NCBI GenBank assembly: GCA_007123515.1
Contig: SKKY01000038.1
Location: 1-48,510, forward strand
DNA: 48,510 nt
Reading direction: 5' to 3'
Source of the DNA: Clostridia bacterium
GTDB taxonomy: Bacteria; Bacillota; Peptococcia; Peptococcales; SKKY01
Part shown: piece by piece, positions 40,530 through 48,021 of the stretch
Position numbering within the stretch: position 1 is the first letter of the stretch
How the letters are laid out: each line of letters starts with the position of its first letter
Made by a program: the position numbers and the translations under genes
The notes under the pieces: model-generated
What the model saw: only the letters and a program-made list of their open reading frames with translations
Databases searched by the model: none
Told to the model about the DNA's origin: nothing

Positions 40530-40558
40530 TTTACAAATACTGTATACACCCTTATAAT
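40530..40558 (+). promoter_or_regulatory. Strong sigma-A promoter with a TGTATACA palindrome in the spacer
   Basis: TTTACA, 17-nt spacer, TATAAT. The spacer contains TGTATACA at 40541-40548. Confidence 0.7.
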
Positions 40559-40564
40559 GATAAC

Positions 40565-40687
40565 CAGGTAGATGAACAGATGCGTAAGCTTGAAAAAGTG
40601 GTATCGTTCACAATCTTGCAAAGGCAAGCCTTACCGCTTGTCAGGATGCGAGTAAACGTTATAAGACGTTTGCTTGCTATTTTTTTT
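40565..40687 (+). ncRNA. Candidate ~120-nt terminated RNA (sRNA or cis-regulatory leader), unclassified
   Basis: It is bounded by the promoter at 40530-58 and an intrinsic terminator at 40648-87. Mutually exclusive helices CTTGC/GCAAG and CAAGC/GCTTG lie at 40615-40640. Confidence 0.5.
40648..40687 (+). terminator. Rho-independent terminator
   Basis: 12-bp stem GCGAGTAAACGT/ACGTTTGCTTGC (two G-U pairs), 6-nt loop, then TATTTTTTTT. Confidence 0.75.
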
Positions 40688-40827
40688 ACCCTGGGATCCA
40701 CAGTTGGCTTCCAGGAGAGCCCGACGCGTTTCTACATCGCTGGCTAAATAAAAATGGCTAGTAATCTGTAGGATCGAAAGAGTCAGGTAGTACACCAAAG
40801 ACCTAAAAAAAATTAGGAGGAGTCCAA

Positions 40828-40977
40828 ATGATTAAGTTTAAGCTTACTGTTTGTACTGTTTTGGTGACTACTTTGATTGCTTTCAACTTTTTATCAGGCA
40901 TTGTTGGAAACAATACGATGGTAGCGTCTGAAACAACAATTGGAACACCGTACGGTGCAGTTGTACTGCACAATTAA
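40828..40977 (+). CDS. 49-aa putative exported small peptide
   Basis: AGGAGGAG lies 7 nt upstream of the ATG. The peptide is MIKFKLTVCTVLVTTLIAFNFLSGIVGNNTMVASETTIGTPYGAVVLHN, with an N-terminal signal-like hydrophobic segment. It is below the ORF-track length cutoff, and a terminator follows. Confidence 0.45.
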   Translation: MIKFKLTVCTVLVTTLIAFNFLSGIVGNNTMVASETTIGTPYGAVVLHN

Positions 40978-41061
40978 TTAGTTCTTAGTTATTTGCTATT
41001 TGAGTGAACTTATAGGGATTAGCTATTCACTAATTAATCTTGATGCAATCGCATCACAAAA

Positions 41062-41101
41062 AGGAGCTTCCAGGCCATCAGGCTTAGGAGCTCCTCTTTT
41101 T
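41062..41101 (+). terminator. Rho-independent terminator of the peptide locus
   Basis: 9-bp stem AGGAGCTTC/GGAGCTCCT followed by CTTTTTATT. Confidence 0.55.
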
Positions 41102-41112
41102 ATTATTTAACA

Positions 41113-41147
41113 AAGAAGCGTCCGAAAATTAATTCCGGACGCTTCTT
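41113..41147 (-). terminator. Terminator hairpin after the mrp-like operon
   Basis: Perfect 12-bp stem AAGAAGCGTCCG/CGGACGCTTCTT 6 nt downstream of the stop at 41154. The U-tract is weak (TTTGTT). Confidence 0.6.
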
Positions 41148-41153
41148 AAACAT

Positions 41154-42875
41154 TTAAATATTCAGGTGCAAAAAAGATACTACAAAAACAATTAGTACTA
41201 CTGTCATGATCATTCCAATTGATACTCTGTAGTGATCTGCATCATAATTGTCAGGGATTTCCATATCATTAAAAATAAAATTTAGTTTTCTAAGTGGGTT
41301 CCTGAAAAAAGGAACAGTTGAATTGATCCCTTTTAACCATACGCTTCCTAAAGATTCCTGTATCGTAACCACCATATCACTTGTATATTGCACTGCATAC
41401 ACAAATGGCTTTCTGTAAAACCAATCCGCATCTACAAGATAAACATCCTTAGGTTCCATCGTTCTAATAAATAAAATAAACATAAATGTTGCTGCTAAGA
41501 ACAATTGTATTTTTGAAATAACATGATCAAACGTATACGGAACATAATTTACTTCGAATGGCAATCGGTTATAGAGCAGATCCGGAAATACACCGTAGAT
41601 GAAACACAGGGCTGCCGTAATTGTCATCGCAGCATACATATGTACCGGAACTTTTTTAATCTTATAGTCTTTTTTTGGTTCCCCTGTAAAGGTGTAAAAG
41701 ACCACCTTTAAGCAAGTAGAAATCAGCGTTCCGATCGTTGCAAGATATAAGAGTAATTCAACTGCCGGATACTGTTGTATGCTTGATGCTGACAAAATAA
41801 GCGCCTTGCTGGTAAATCCATTTAAATAAGGTACCCCTGAGATGGCCAGTGATCCTATAAAGTAAAGAATTGCCACCCCGGGAATTAATTTATAAAGCCC
41901 GCCAAGATCTGTCAGCTTACTATACCCCGTAGAATAAATAATGGCACCGGCACCCATGAATAATAACGATTTATATAATATATGTGAGAACGCATGCGCA
42001 ACAGAACCATCAAGAGCCAGATCCGAACCTAGTCCTGCCGCAGCAACCATGTATCCTACCTGACTAATAATATGAAAAGAGAGAATCACCCTCAGATCAT
42101 TAGCAAGCATCGCATACGTTACGGCTACCAAACACATAATCACTCCGCCCCAGATCAATATTTCCAGTCCGGGAAATACTCTAATTAAACAATATACGGC
42201 CACTTTAGTGGTCAGGCAACTCATAAACACGCTACCGGTAATGGTTGATTTAGGGTAGGCATCAGGCAACCAGGCATGCAATGGAAAAATAGCTGCATTA
42301 ATAGCCACCCCTGCCAAAATCAGAATCGAAGCTAAATCCATATTTGCTGTCAGCTCAGTAATATAGAGCTGTCCCTGACTTACTTTAATGAAAATACCGG
42401 CCAAAAGAAGATTCCCACCAACAAAGTGGACCAGCAAGTACCTAAAACCTGCCTTTTTTGCCTCTTCATTATTTGAAACCCATATCAAAAAAGTACTTGA
42501 AACAGCCATGACTTCCCAGAAGAAAATTAATGTCAGCCAGTCTCCGGCCAGAACAACTCCCATCGAACTTGCCACATAAATAAATTGTGCACTGAGTTGA
42601 ACGCCACTGGTAACATGGTAAGAATACAGGTTTGATGTCAATGATACGATAGCAAGAATAAATATAAATATCCAGGAAAGCCTGTCTACTTTCAGGTATA
42701 TAAGTTCCATATTATTAATAAAAGAAACCGTCAGTTCTTGCCCGTACTGCAGCTGATAAGAAGCAAACAGAACAACGACCGGAACAAGTATCAAAAATAC
42801 CTTTCTGAGAGTATTAGGAACAAAAGGTATCAAAAGTCCTGCTCCAAGCATTATTAAAGCTGGATGAAGTATCAT
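41154..42875 (-). CDS. NuoL/MrpA-like antiporter subunit (proton-conducting membrane transporter family) with a C-terminal extension
   Basis: 573 aa, about 14 TM segments of the NuoL/M/N fold, plus a ~100-aa C-terminal tail ending in one TM helix. Confidence 0.8.
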   Translation of the reverse strand: MILHPALIMLGAGLLIPFVPNTLRKVFLILVPVVVLFASYQLQYGQELTVSFINNMELIYLKVDRLSWIFIFILAIVSLTSNLYSYHVTSGVQLSAQFIYVASSMGVVLAGDWLTLIFFWEVMAVSSTFLIWVSNNEEAKKAGFRYLLVHFVGGNLLLAGIFIKVSQGQLYITELTANMDLASILILAGVAINAAIFPLHAWLPDAYPKSTITGSVFMSCLTTKVAVYCLIRVFPGLEILIWGGVIMCLVAVTYAMLANDLRVILSFHIISQVGYMVAAAGLGSDLALDGSVAHAFSHILYKSLLFMGAGAIIYSTGYSKLTDLGGLYKLIPGVAILYFIGSLAISGVPYLNGFTSKALILSASSIQQYPAVELLLYLATIGTLISTCLKVVFYTFTGEPKKDYKIKKVPVHMYAAMTITAALCFIYGVFPDLLYNRLPFEVNYVPYTFDHVISKIQLFLAATFMFILFIRTMEPKDVYLVDADWFYRKPFVYAVQYTSDMVVTIQESLGSVWLKGINSTVPFFRNPLRKLNFIFNDMEIPDNYDADHYRVSIGMIMTVVLIVFVVSFLHLNI

Positions 42876-43105
42876 TCCTCATTGCTCCCTTCATAAATAT
42901 TCTTATCCCTTTTAACAATCGGAAAGAGAATCCATTTAGCTACAACAATTAAAATGACTCCTCCGATAGCTCCAAAGATATAATCAAACCCAATAAATGC
43001 ATGCCACCAATAGTACGGATGATAATCAACCGGGACGATGATCTCTGTAAGGATTGATAAAAAACCCAAAACACTAAACGTAAGGATCAGTTTTTTCTCT
43101 TCCAT
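42872..43105 (-). CDS. Small 2-TM membrane protein embedded in the mrp-like operon
   Basis: 77 aa. The start of the downstream gene (42875) overlaps its stop by 4 nt. No family recognised. Confidence 0.55.
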   Translation of the reverse strand: MEEKKLILTFSVLGFLSILTEIIVPVDYHPYYWWHAFIGFDYIFGAIGGVILIVVAKWILFPIVKRDKNIYEGSNEE

Positions 43106-43110
43106 AACAA

Positions 43111-44604
43111 TTACCCTCCTGTTCCATTGGCTACAATTTCAGCTGACCGGATGGCCAGCTCATAGAAATGAGGACCTGCGTCAGGGAATATCCCAAGTAT
43201 GATACTCATAGCACCCGTAATCAATATCGGGATCAAAATATCTTTTCTTACTTCTCTAAATTCTGTAAATTCTTCGTTTTTATTATAAAAAGCCAAGACA
43301 AAAACAGTAACTAAATACGATGCACTCAACATAGCACTGGCTATCAGGACAAAAATATACAAATAATTCCCTCCGGCAATCGCTCCCAACGCCAGATTCC
43401 ATTTACTGATAAAGCCAACGGTAAACGGCATCCCGCTAATACCTAATGAGGCAATGCCAAACATGGCCATTGTGATAGGCATCTGCTTTCCGATGCCATG
43501 AATCTGACTGATATACTTATAGCCTGTATTAATAAAAATAGCTCCGGCACAGAAAAATAATGTTATCTTCATAAAAGCATGTGCCACAATATGGAACAAT
43601 GCACCCATAAAAGCCTGTTCGTTGATCAGAGCAAGCCCAAGTATAATATAGGATAACTGGCCGATCGTAGAAAAAGCCAGTCGCCTTTTTAAATTATCCT
43701 GCCTCATAGCAATGACAGAAGCGATAATAATGGTAAACGCTGCTGCCCAGGCAAGGTAATCAATAACACCTAAAGAGGCCAGCAAATCAAAACCAAAGAC
43801 ATAACCAATAATCCTGACAAGTACAAATGCACCTGCTTTAACAACGGCAACAGCATGAAGCAAAGCACTGACCGGAGTGGGCGCCACCATAGCCGCAGGG
43901 AGCCAACCATGCAAAGGAATTAAGCCTGCCTTTGCTGAGGCTCCGATGACCATCAATAGAAATATCATTATAAAAGGGGTTGGGTTATCAACGTTTTGAA
44001 TAAAACCACCCGCAACAAAATCCGTGGTGCCTGTTAGATGATACAACCAGATAATTCCAACTAAGAAGATCTGACCGGTTATTAATGTATACGCTAAATA
44101 CTTTCTGCCTGCTTCTATATGTTCCTGCTCACGATTGTGAATAACCAGCGGATATGTAGCAATCGTTAACACTTCATAGAAAATAAATAATGTGAACAAA
44201 TTTCCGGCAAATGAAATGCCCAATGCCGCAAAAATACACATGGCGAATGAAGCAAAGTAGCCCGTTTGATTGATTTTGTTTGCCGCACGCATGTAACCAA
44301 TCGAATAAAAAGAAGTGACAATCCAGAGTAACGATGCAACACCGGCAAAAATCATTCCTGTCGTATCAATTTTTAAAAAGAAACTAACATTGGGAACAAT
44401 GGTAAAATGAACACTTTCCAGAATCTGGCCATCTAAAATTCTTCGGTAGACATAAAATACCAAACCAAAATTTATGATCCCTGCAAGAATTGTCCAAAAC
44501 TCCCTGACGTCCGGGTTCCTATTACCAGTGATCATAATAAGGATCGCTGCAATAAGAGGTGGTAGTACAAAAAGATATGGTAATATACTCACTGTAACAT
44601 CCAT
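43111..44604 (-). CDS. MrpD/NuoN-like antiporter subunit
   Basis: 497 aa, polytopic, with the HAF.K.LLF-type motif (HAFMKITLFFCAG). Confidence 0.85.
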   Translation of the reverse strand: MDVTVSILPYLFVLPPLIAAILIMITGNRNPDVREFWTILAGIINFGLVFYVYRRILDGQILESVHFTIVPNVSFFLKIDTTGMIFAGVASLLWIVTSFYSIGYMRAANKINQTGYFASFAMCIFAALGISFAGNLFTLFIFYEVLTIATYPLVIHNREQEHIEAGRKYLAYTLITGQIFLVGIIWLYHLTGTTDFVAGGFIQNVDNPTPFIMIFLLMVIGASAKAGLIPLHGWLPAAMVAPTPVSALLHAVAVVKAGAFVLVRIIGYVFGFDLLASLGVIDYLAWAAAFTIIIASVIAMRQDNLKRRLAFSTIGQLSYIILGLALINEQAFMGALFHIVAHAFMKITLFFCAGAIFINTGYKYISQIHGIGKQMPITMAMFGIASLGISGMPFTVGFISKWNLALGAIAGGNYLYIFVLIASAMLSASYLVTVFVLAFYNKNEEFTEFREVRKDILIPILITGAMSIILGIFPDAGPHFYELAIRSAEIVANGTGG

Positions 44605-46085
44605 TATTTGATCACCTCCGGTACCACTGAAGTCAAGATTGCAGAAACAAAATCAGCGTTAAAGATGCCTAACGCTAACACCAAGAGCGTCATTACTACG
44701 ATTGGCATCAGCATCGACAAAGGCAATTCAAATCTGCTCTGAATTTTACATTTGCGCTCCTTCTCTTCTTTATTTAAAAACGCAAACTCAATGATCCTGA
44801 AAAAATAAACGGCATTAAGTACACTGCTTACAACAATCACAACAATAAAGAACCACAAGCCCTCTTGTAAAGCTCCGTTAACCAGATACCACTTACTGAA
44901 AAATCCGGCCGTTGGAGGCAAACCAATCATGGAAAAAGCAAGAATAAGAAAGCTATACATCGAAACAGGCATTTTTTTTAATAACCCTTTAAATTCATCA
45001 ATCTTAATGTGATCGAATTTTTGCTTAATTCCTCCAGCTATAAAAAATAAAGCTACTTTCATAAAAGCATGATTAAAAATGTGGAACACTGCCCCAATCA
45101 TCCCGTATGCATTTCCCATGGACATTCCCATAACAACATAGCCGATTCCGGCAACACTCGAATATGCCAGCATCCTCTTAAACTCCGTCTGAGCAATGGC
45201 CATAACGGAACCATAAACAATACCAATAGCTGCCAGGATTCCTGCTATTTGTAATACATTTTGCAGTACGGCATGGTTCACATCAAAAATAAAGAAATAA
45301 TATCTGATCATTACATAGGCCGGCACTTTAATCAATACGCCTGACATAAAAGCCGACAAAGGATAGGGTGCATAACTATGAGCATCCGGAAGCCACATAT
45401 GTAGTGGGAACAGTGCCATTTTGATCCCTAATCCTAAAAACAATAAAATAACGATTAATATCATAGCAGGAGAATCCATCAAAGGAAGGATTCTTTCTGA
45501 CATATCGGCAAAATTTAAAGTTCCGGTTATTCCATAAAGATACGCAACACTAAATAAGTATAACGATGCCCCTACCGTTCCTATTAAGAGATATTTAAAG
45601 GCTGCAACGGTTCCCCGCGGACCACCTAAAGCAATTAAAGCATAGGTTGAAAGTGAAGATATCTCCAGAAAGACATACAGGTTAAAAGCATCACCAGAGA
45701 CTGTCATCCCCAATAGTCCGGTTACCATAAGACCAAATAAAGAGTAGTAAGCAGCATTTTTCAGCCAGCCTTCATCTTTAAAAAACTCTCTTGAATAAAT
45801 TACAATAAGTAATGCAATAAAAGAAACCATGACTGCTATTGTCGCACCGAGCGGGTCTATGACATATTCTATACCATAGGGCGCTTCCCAATTTCCAAAA
45901 TTATAATATACGTTTCCAACAGTCAGTGTTTCTCGTAAAACAATTGCGGAAAAAATGACTGACAGAAAAAATCCGAACATTGTCAGCAAACGAAGGAAAA
46001 CCTTAGAGATGCGCCCCACCAGCGGTGCAAGCAAAGATATGGTCATGGGTATAATTACAATAAAGGCCGGAAAGAAATCTCTCAT
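44604..46085 (-). CDS. MrpD/NuoM-like antiporter subunit
   Basis: 493 aa, polytopic, with WLPDAH and HAFMKVALFFIAG motifs. It overlaps the mnhC stop (ATGA). Confidence 0.85.
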   Translation of the reverse strand: MRDFFPAFIVIIPMTISLLAPLVGRISKVFLRLLTMFGFFLSVIFSAIVLRETLTVGNVYYNFGNWEAPYGIEYVIDPLGATIAVMVSFIALLIVIYSREFFKDEGWLKNAAYYSLFGLMVTGLLGMTVSGDAFNLYVFLEISSLSTYALIALGGPRGTVAAFKYLLIGTVGASLYLFSVAYLYGITGTLNFADMSERILPLMDSPAMILIVILLFLGLGIKMALFPLHMWLPDAHSYAPYPLSAFMSGVLIKVPAYVMIRYYFFIFDVNHAVLQNVLQIAGILAAIGIVYGSVMAIAQTEFKRMLAYSSVAGIGYVVMGMSMGNAYGMIGAVFHIFNHAFMKVALFFIAGGIKQKFDHIKIDEFKGLLKKMPVSMYSFLILAFSMIGLPPTAGFFSKWYLVNGALQEGLWFFIVVIVVSSVLNAVYFFRIIEFAFLNKEEKERKCKIQSRFELPLSMLMPIVVMTLLVLALGIFNADFVSAILTSVVPEVIK

Positions 46086-46453
46086 TCCTCCATCCTCCTT
46101 AAAATTTCGTCCTCTTCAATAGTATTTAAAAAATTTTTTATTCGGATCATAAGAGCCAGCGCAACACCGGTTGTACTGAGGCTAACGACAATCGCAGTTA
46201 ACATTAATGCATGAGGAAGCGGGTTAATGTATGCGTCGACGTTTACTACACCAGGCAATTCAACAGGAATCGTTGCATCAAGCTTTAGGCCTAATGTTAT
46301 GAAAAAAAATATAATTGAGATCTGCATAATATTCATGGCGATCAGCTTTTTGATCAGATTGTTTTTAGTCATAATTCCGTAAAAGCCTAAAAGAAACATC
46401 ACTACAATCAGTCCATATATTAGGGTTGAAAGAAAATTAATCATTATCTTCAC
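46082..46453 (-). CDS. mnhC: MrpC/MnhC (NuoK-like) subunit
   Basis: 123 aa with NPLPHALMLTAIVVS..TTGVALAL, typical of MnhC. Confidence 0.85.
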   Translation of the reverse strand: MKIMINFLSTLIYGLIVVMFLLGFYGIMTKNNLIKKLIAMNIMQISIIFFFITLGLKLDATIPVELPGVVNVDAYINPLPHALMLTAIVVSLSTTGVALALMIRIKNFLNTIEEDEILRRMEE

Positions 46454-46898
46454 CTTTCCTTGTTATGGCATCATAAATGACAATAATCGTAGCCATTACG
46501 CATACTGTTACCCCTATTTCGATAACAAGAATTCCCCACTCATGTTTACTCCGCATGCTAATATCAAATGGAATCCAGGCGTCATATTCCAAGAATTTTC
46601 CGCCAAAAAAAATAGCCAGCCAGCCAGCAAAAGCAAATAAAAAAGCGCCTAAGCCCGACAAAATAAAAGCCTGATCCCCAGTCATATTTACTTTTGCTTG
46701 ATCACCCTCAACCAGCCTTGACAGAACTACAACCATAGCCAAAAATCCACCTGACTGAAATCCTCCTCCCGGACTGTACTCACCGTGAGTAAAGACATAA
46801 ATTGAGTAAATAAAGATCAACGGAATGGCATACCTAAATGCCGTTCTTACGATTACACTATCTTTTTTTGACTTCATAGTATCAATCTCCATATACAT
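46437..46898 (-). CDS. mnhB: MrpB/MnhB-domain subunit (MbhF-like)
   Basis: 153 aa with the SPGGGFQSGG motif characteristic of MnhB. Confidence 0.8.
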   Translation of the reverse strand: MYMEIDTMKSKKDSVIVRTAFRYAIPLIFIYSIYVFTHGEYSPGGGFQSGGFLAMVVVLSRLVEGDQAKVNMTGDQAFILSGLGAFLFAFAGWLAIFFGGKFLEYDAWIPFDISMRSKHEWGILVIEIGVTVCVMATIIVIYDAITRKGEDND

Positions 46899-46899
46899 A

Positions 46900-47208
46900 T
46901 CATTTTTCTTTTACTCCGCTATCTTTCTCTTTATCTTTATCTTTATAGGTTCTTAATGTCAATATTGTCGCTACCCCAGCTGTGAAAATAACGATAACCT
47001 CACCTAATGTATCAAACGCCCGATAATCTCCGAGAACAGCGGTAACAAAGTTTTTAGAACCGGTCTCCTGATAACTCATTTCAATGTATCTTGGTGAAAT
47101 ATGCGTTGACGCCGGTGAATTAGGATCCCCAACGGTTGGTAAGCTTTCCGATGAATTAATAAAAATAAATAACACGGCAAGAATTAAAAATAATTGTAAC
47201 TTTTTCAT
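46900..47208 (-). CDS. MnhB-related small subunit (MbhE-like)
   Basis: 102 aa with NFVTAVLGDYRAFDTLGE, matching the N-terminal part of the MnhB domain. Confidence 0.7.
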   Translation of the reverse strand: MKKLQLFLILAVLFIFINSSESLPTVGDPNSPASTHISPRYIEMSYQETGSKNFVTAVLGDYRAFDTLGEVIVIFTAGVATILTLRTYKDKDKEKDSGVKEK

Positions 47209-47450
47209 TATTCACACCACCTGTCGAGCTTTTTAATTGCGAAGATGAAAAAGATCGCTGAAACAACACCAATCGCAGCTTCTGTAAACGCCACATCCGG
47301 AGAGCCGAGGATAAGATATAACACAACAGCCAGAAAACTAAACGCACTAAAGGCAATTACCGCACCAAGTAAATCCTGTATTTCCAAGGCGGCAATTCCT
47401 GTTATGATAATTAACACCAAAAAAAAGACCATCAAACTAAGGATAAACAT
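47208..47450 (-). CDS. DUF4040 (MrpA C-terminal-like, MbhD-like) subunit
   Basis: 80 aa from the ATG that sits just after the mnhG stop. SPDVAFTEAAIG is typical of DUF4040. Confidence 0.7.
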   Translation of the reverse strand: MFILSLMVFFLVLIIITGIAALEIQDLLGAVIAFSAFSFLAVVLYLILGSPDVAFTEAAIGVVSAIFFIFAIKKLDRWCE

Positions 47451-47451
47451 A

Positions 47452-47754
47452 TTACATATCCCCCTTTTTCCAGGGCTTAACGCCGGCATAAAAGGCGGCT
47501 CTTGAAATAGCATGACTGCCTATGGGATTTCCAAGAAGAATAAACAAAGAAATCAAAACCAATTTAAAAGAGGTTAAATTCAAGCCATTATAAATCGCAA
47601 ATCCAAGCAATGACAACATAACCCCGAGAGTTTCACTTTTCCCGGAGGCATGCATTCTTGTATAAAAATCGGGCAGACGCAACACTCCTACGGCCGCTAC
47701 AATCACAAAGAAAAAACCAAGCAACATAAAAAATACAGCGATATAGCTTTGCAT
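47452..47754 (-). CDS. mnhG: MrpG/MnhG subunit
   Basis: 100 aa with GVLRLPDFYTRMHASGKSETLG. Confidence 0.85.
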   Translation of the reverse strand: MQSYIAVFFMLLGFFFVIVAAVGVLRLPDFYTRMHASGKSETLGVMLSLLGFAIYNGLNLTSFKLVLISLFILLGNPIGSHAISRAAFYAGVKPWKKGDM

Positions 47755-47757
47755 CTA

Positions 47758-48021
47758 CTACAACTCCTCTTCTGATATGTACTTAGCAATAACAATCAAA
47801 CTTATAAAGCCAAGCAAAGAATACGCTATGGCAATATCTACAAACATATCTGCTCTTTCGTCGATAAAACCAATCGTAATTAAAAGCAAAATCACCGTTG
47901 ATCCTATGACTCCAAGTCCATTAAGACGGTCATACACGGTGGGCCCTTTGATTACTCTATATAACATCAGGCAAATAATTACTATCAATCCGATTGCAAA
48001 AAAAATAAAGAAATTAGCCAT
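47758..48021 (-). CDS. mnhF: MrpF/MnhF subunit
   Basis: 87 aa with YRVIKGPTVYDRL, typical of MnhF. Confidence 0.8.
   Translation of the reverse strand: MANFFIFFAIGLIVIICLMLYRVIKGPTVYDRLNGLGVIGSTVILLLITIGFIDERADMFVDIAIAYSLLGFISLIVIAKYISEEEL

Noticed and set aside
40595-40612. AAAAGTGGTATCGTTC resembles the T-box core sequence (GGTGGTACCGCG)
   Set aside because: It lies only ~35 nt from the predicted transcription start. There is no room for stem I or a specifier loop, and no AGAGA or GNUGGA elements. The downstream gene is neither an aaRS nor an amino-acid gene.
40565-40687. Possible c-di-GMP-I, c-di-AMP (ydaO), fluoride, ZTP or guanidine riboswitch
   Set aside because: GCAAAGGCAAGCC loosely recalls GEMM-I GCAAA motifs. 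However, the paired-helix arrangement and the conserved ACGCACAGGGCAAAC / GGGACGCAAAGCC blocks are absent. None of the signature strings of the other classes is present either. I left it as unclassified.
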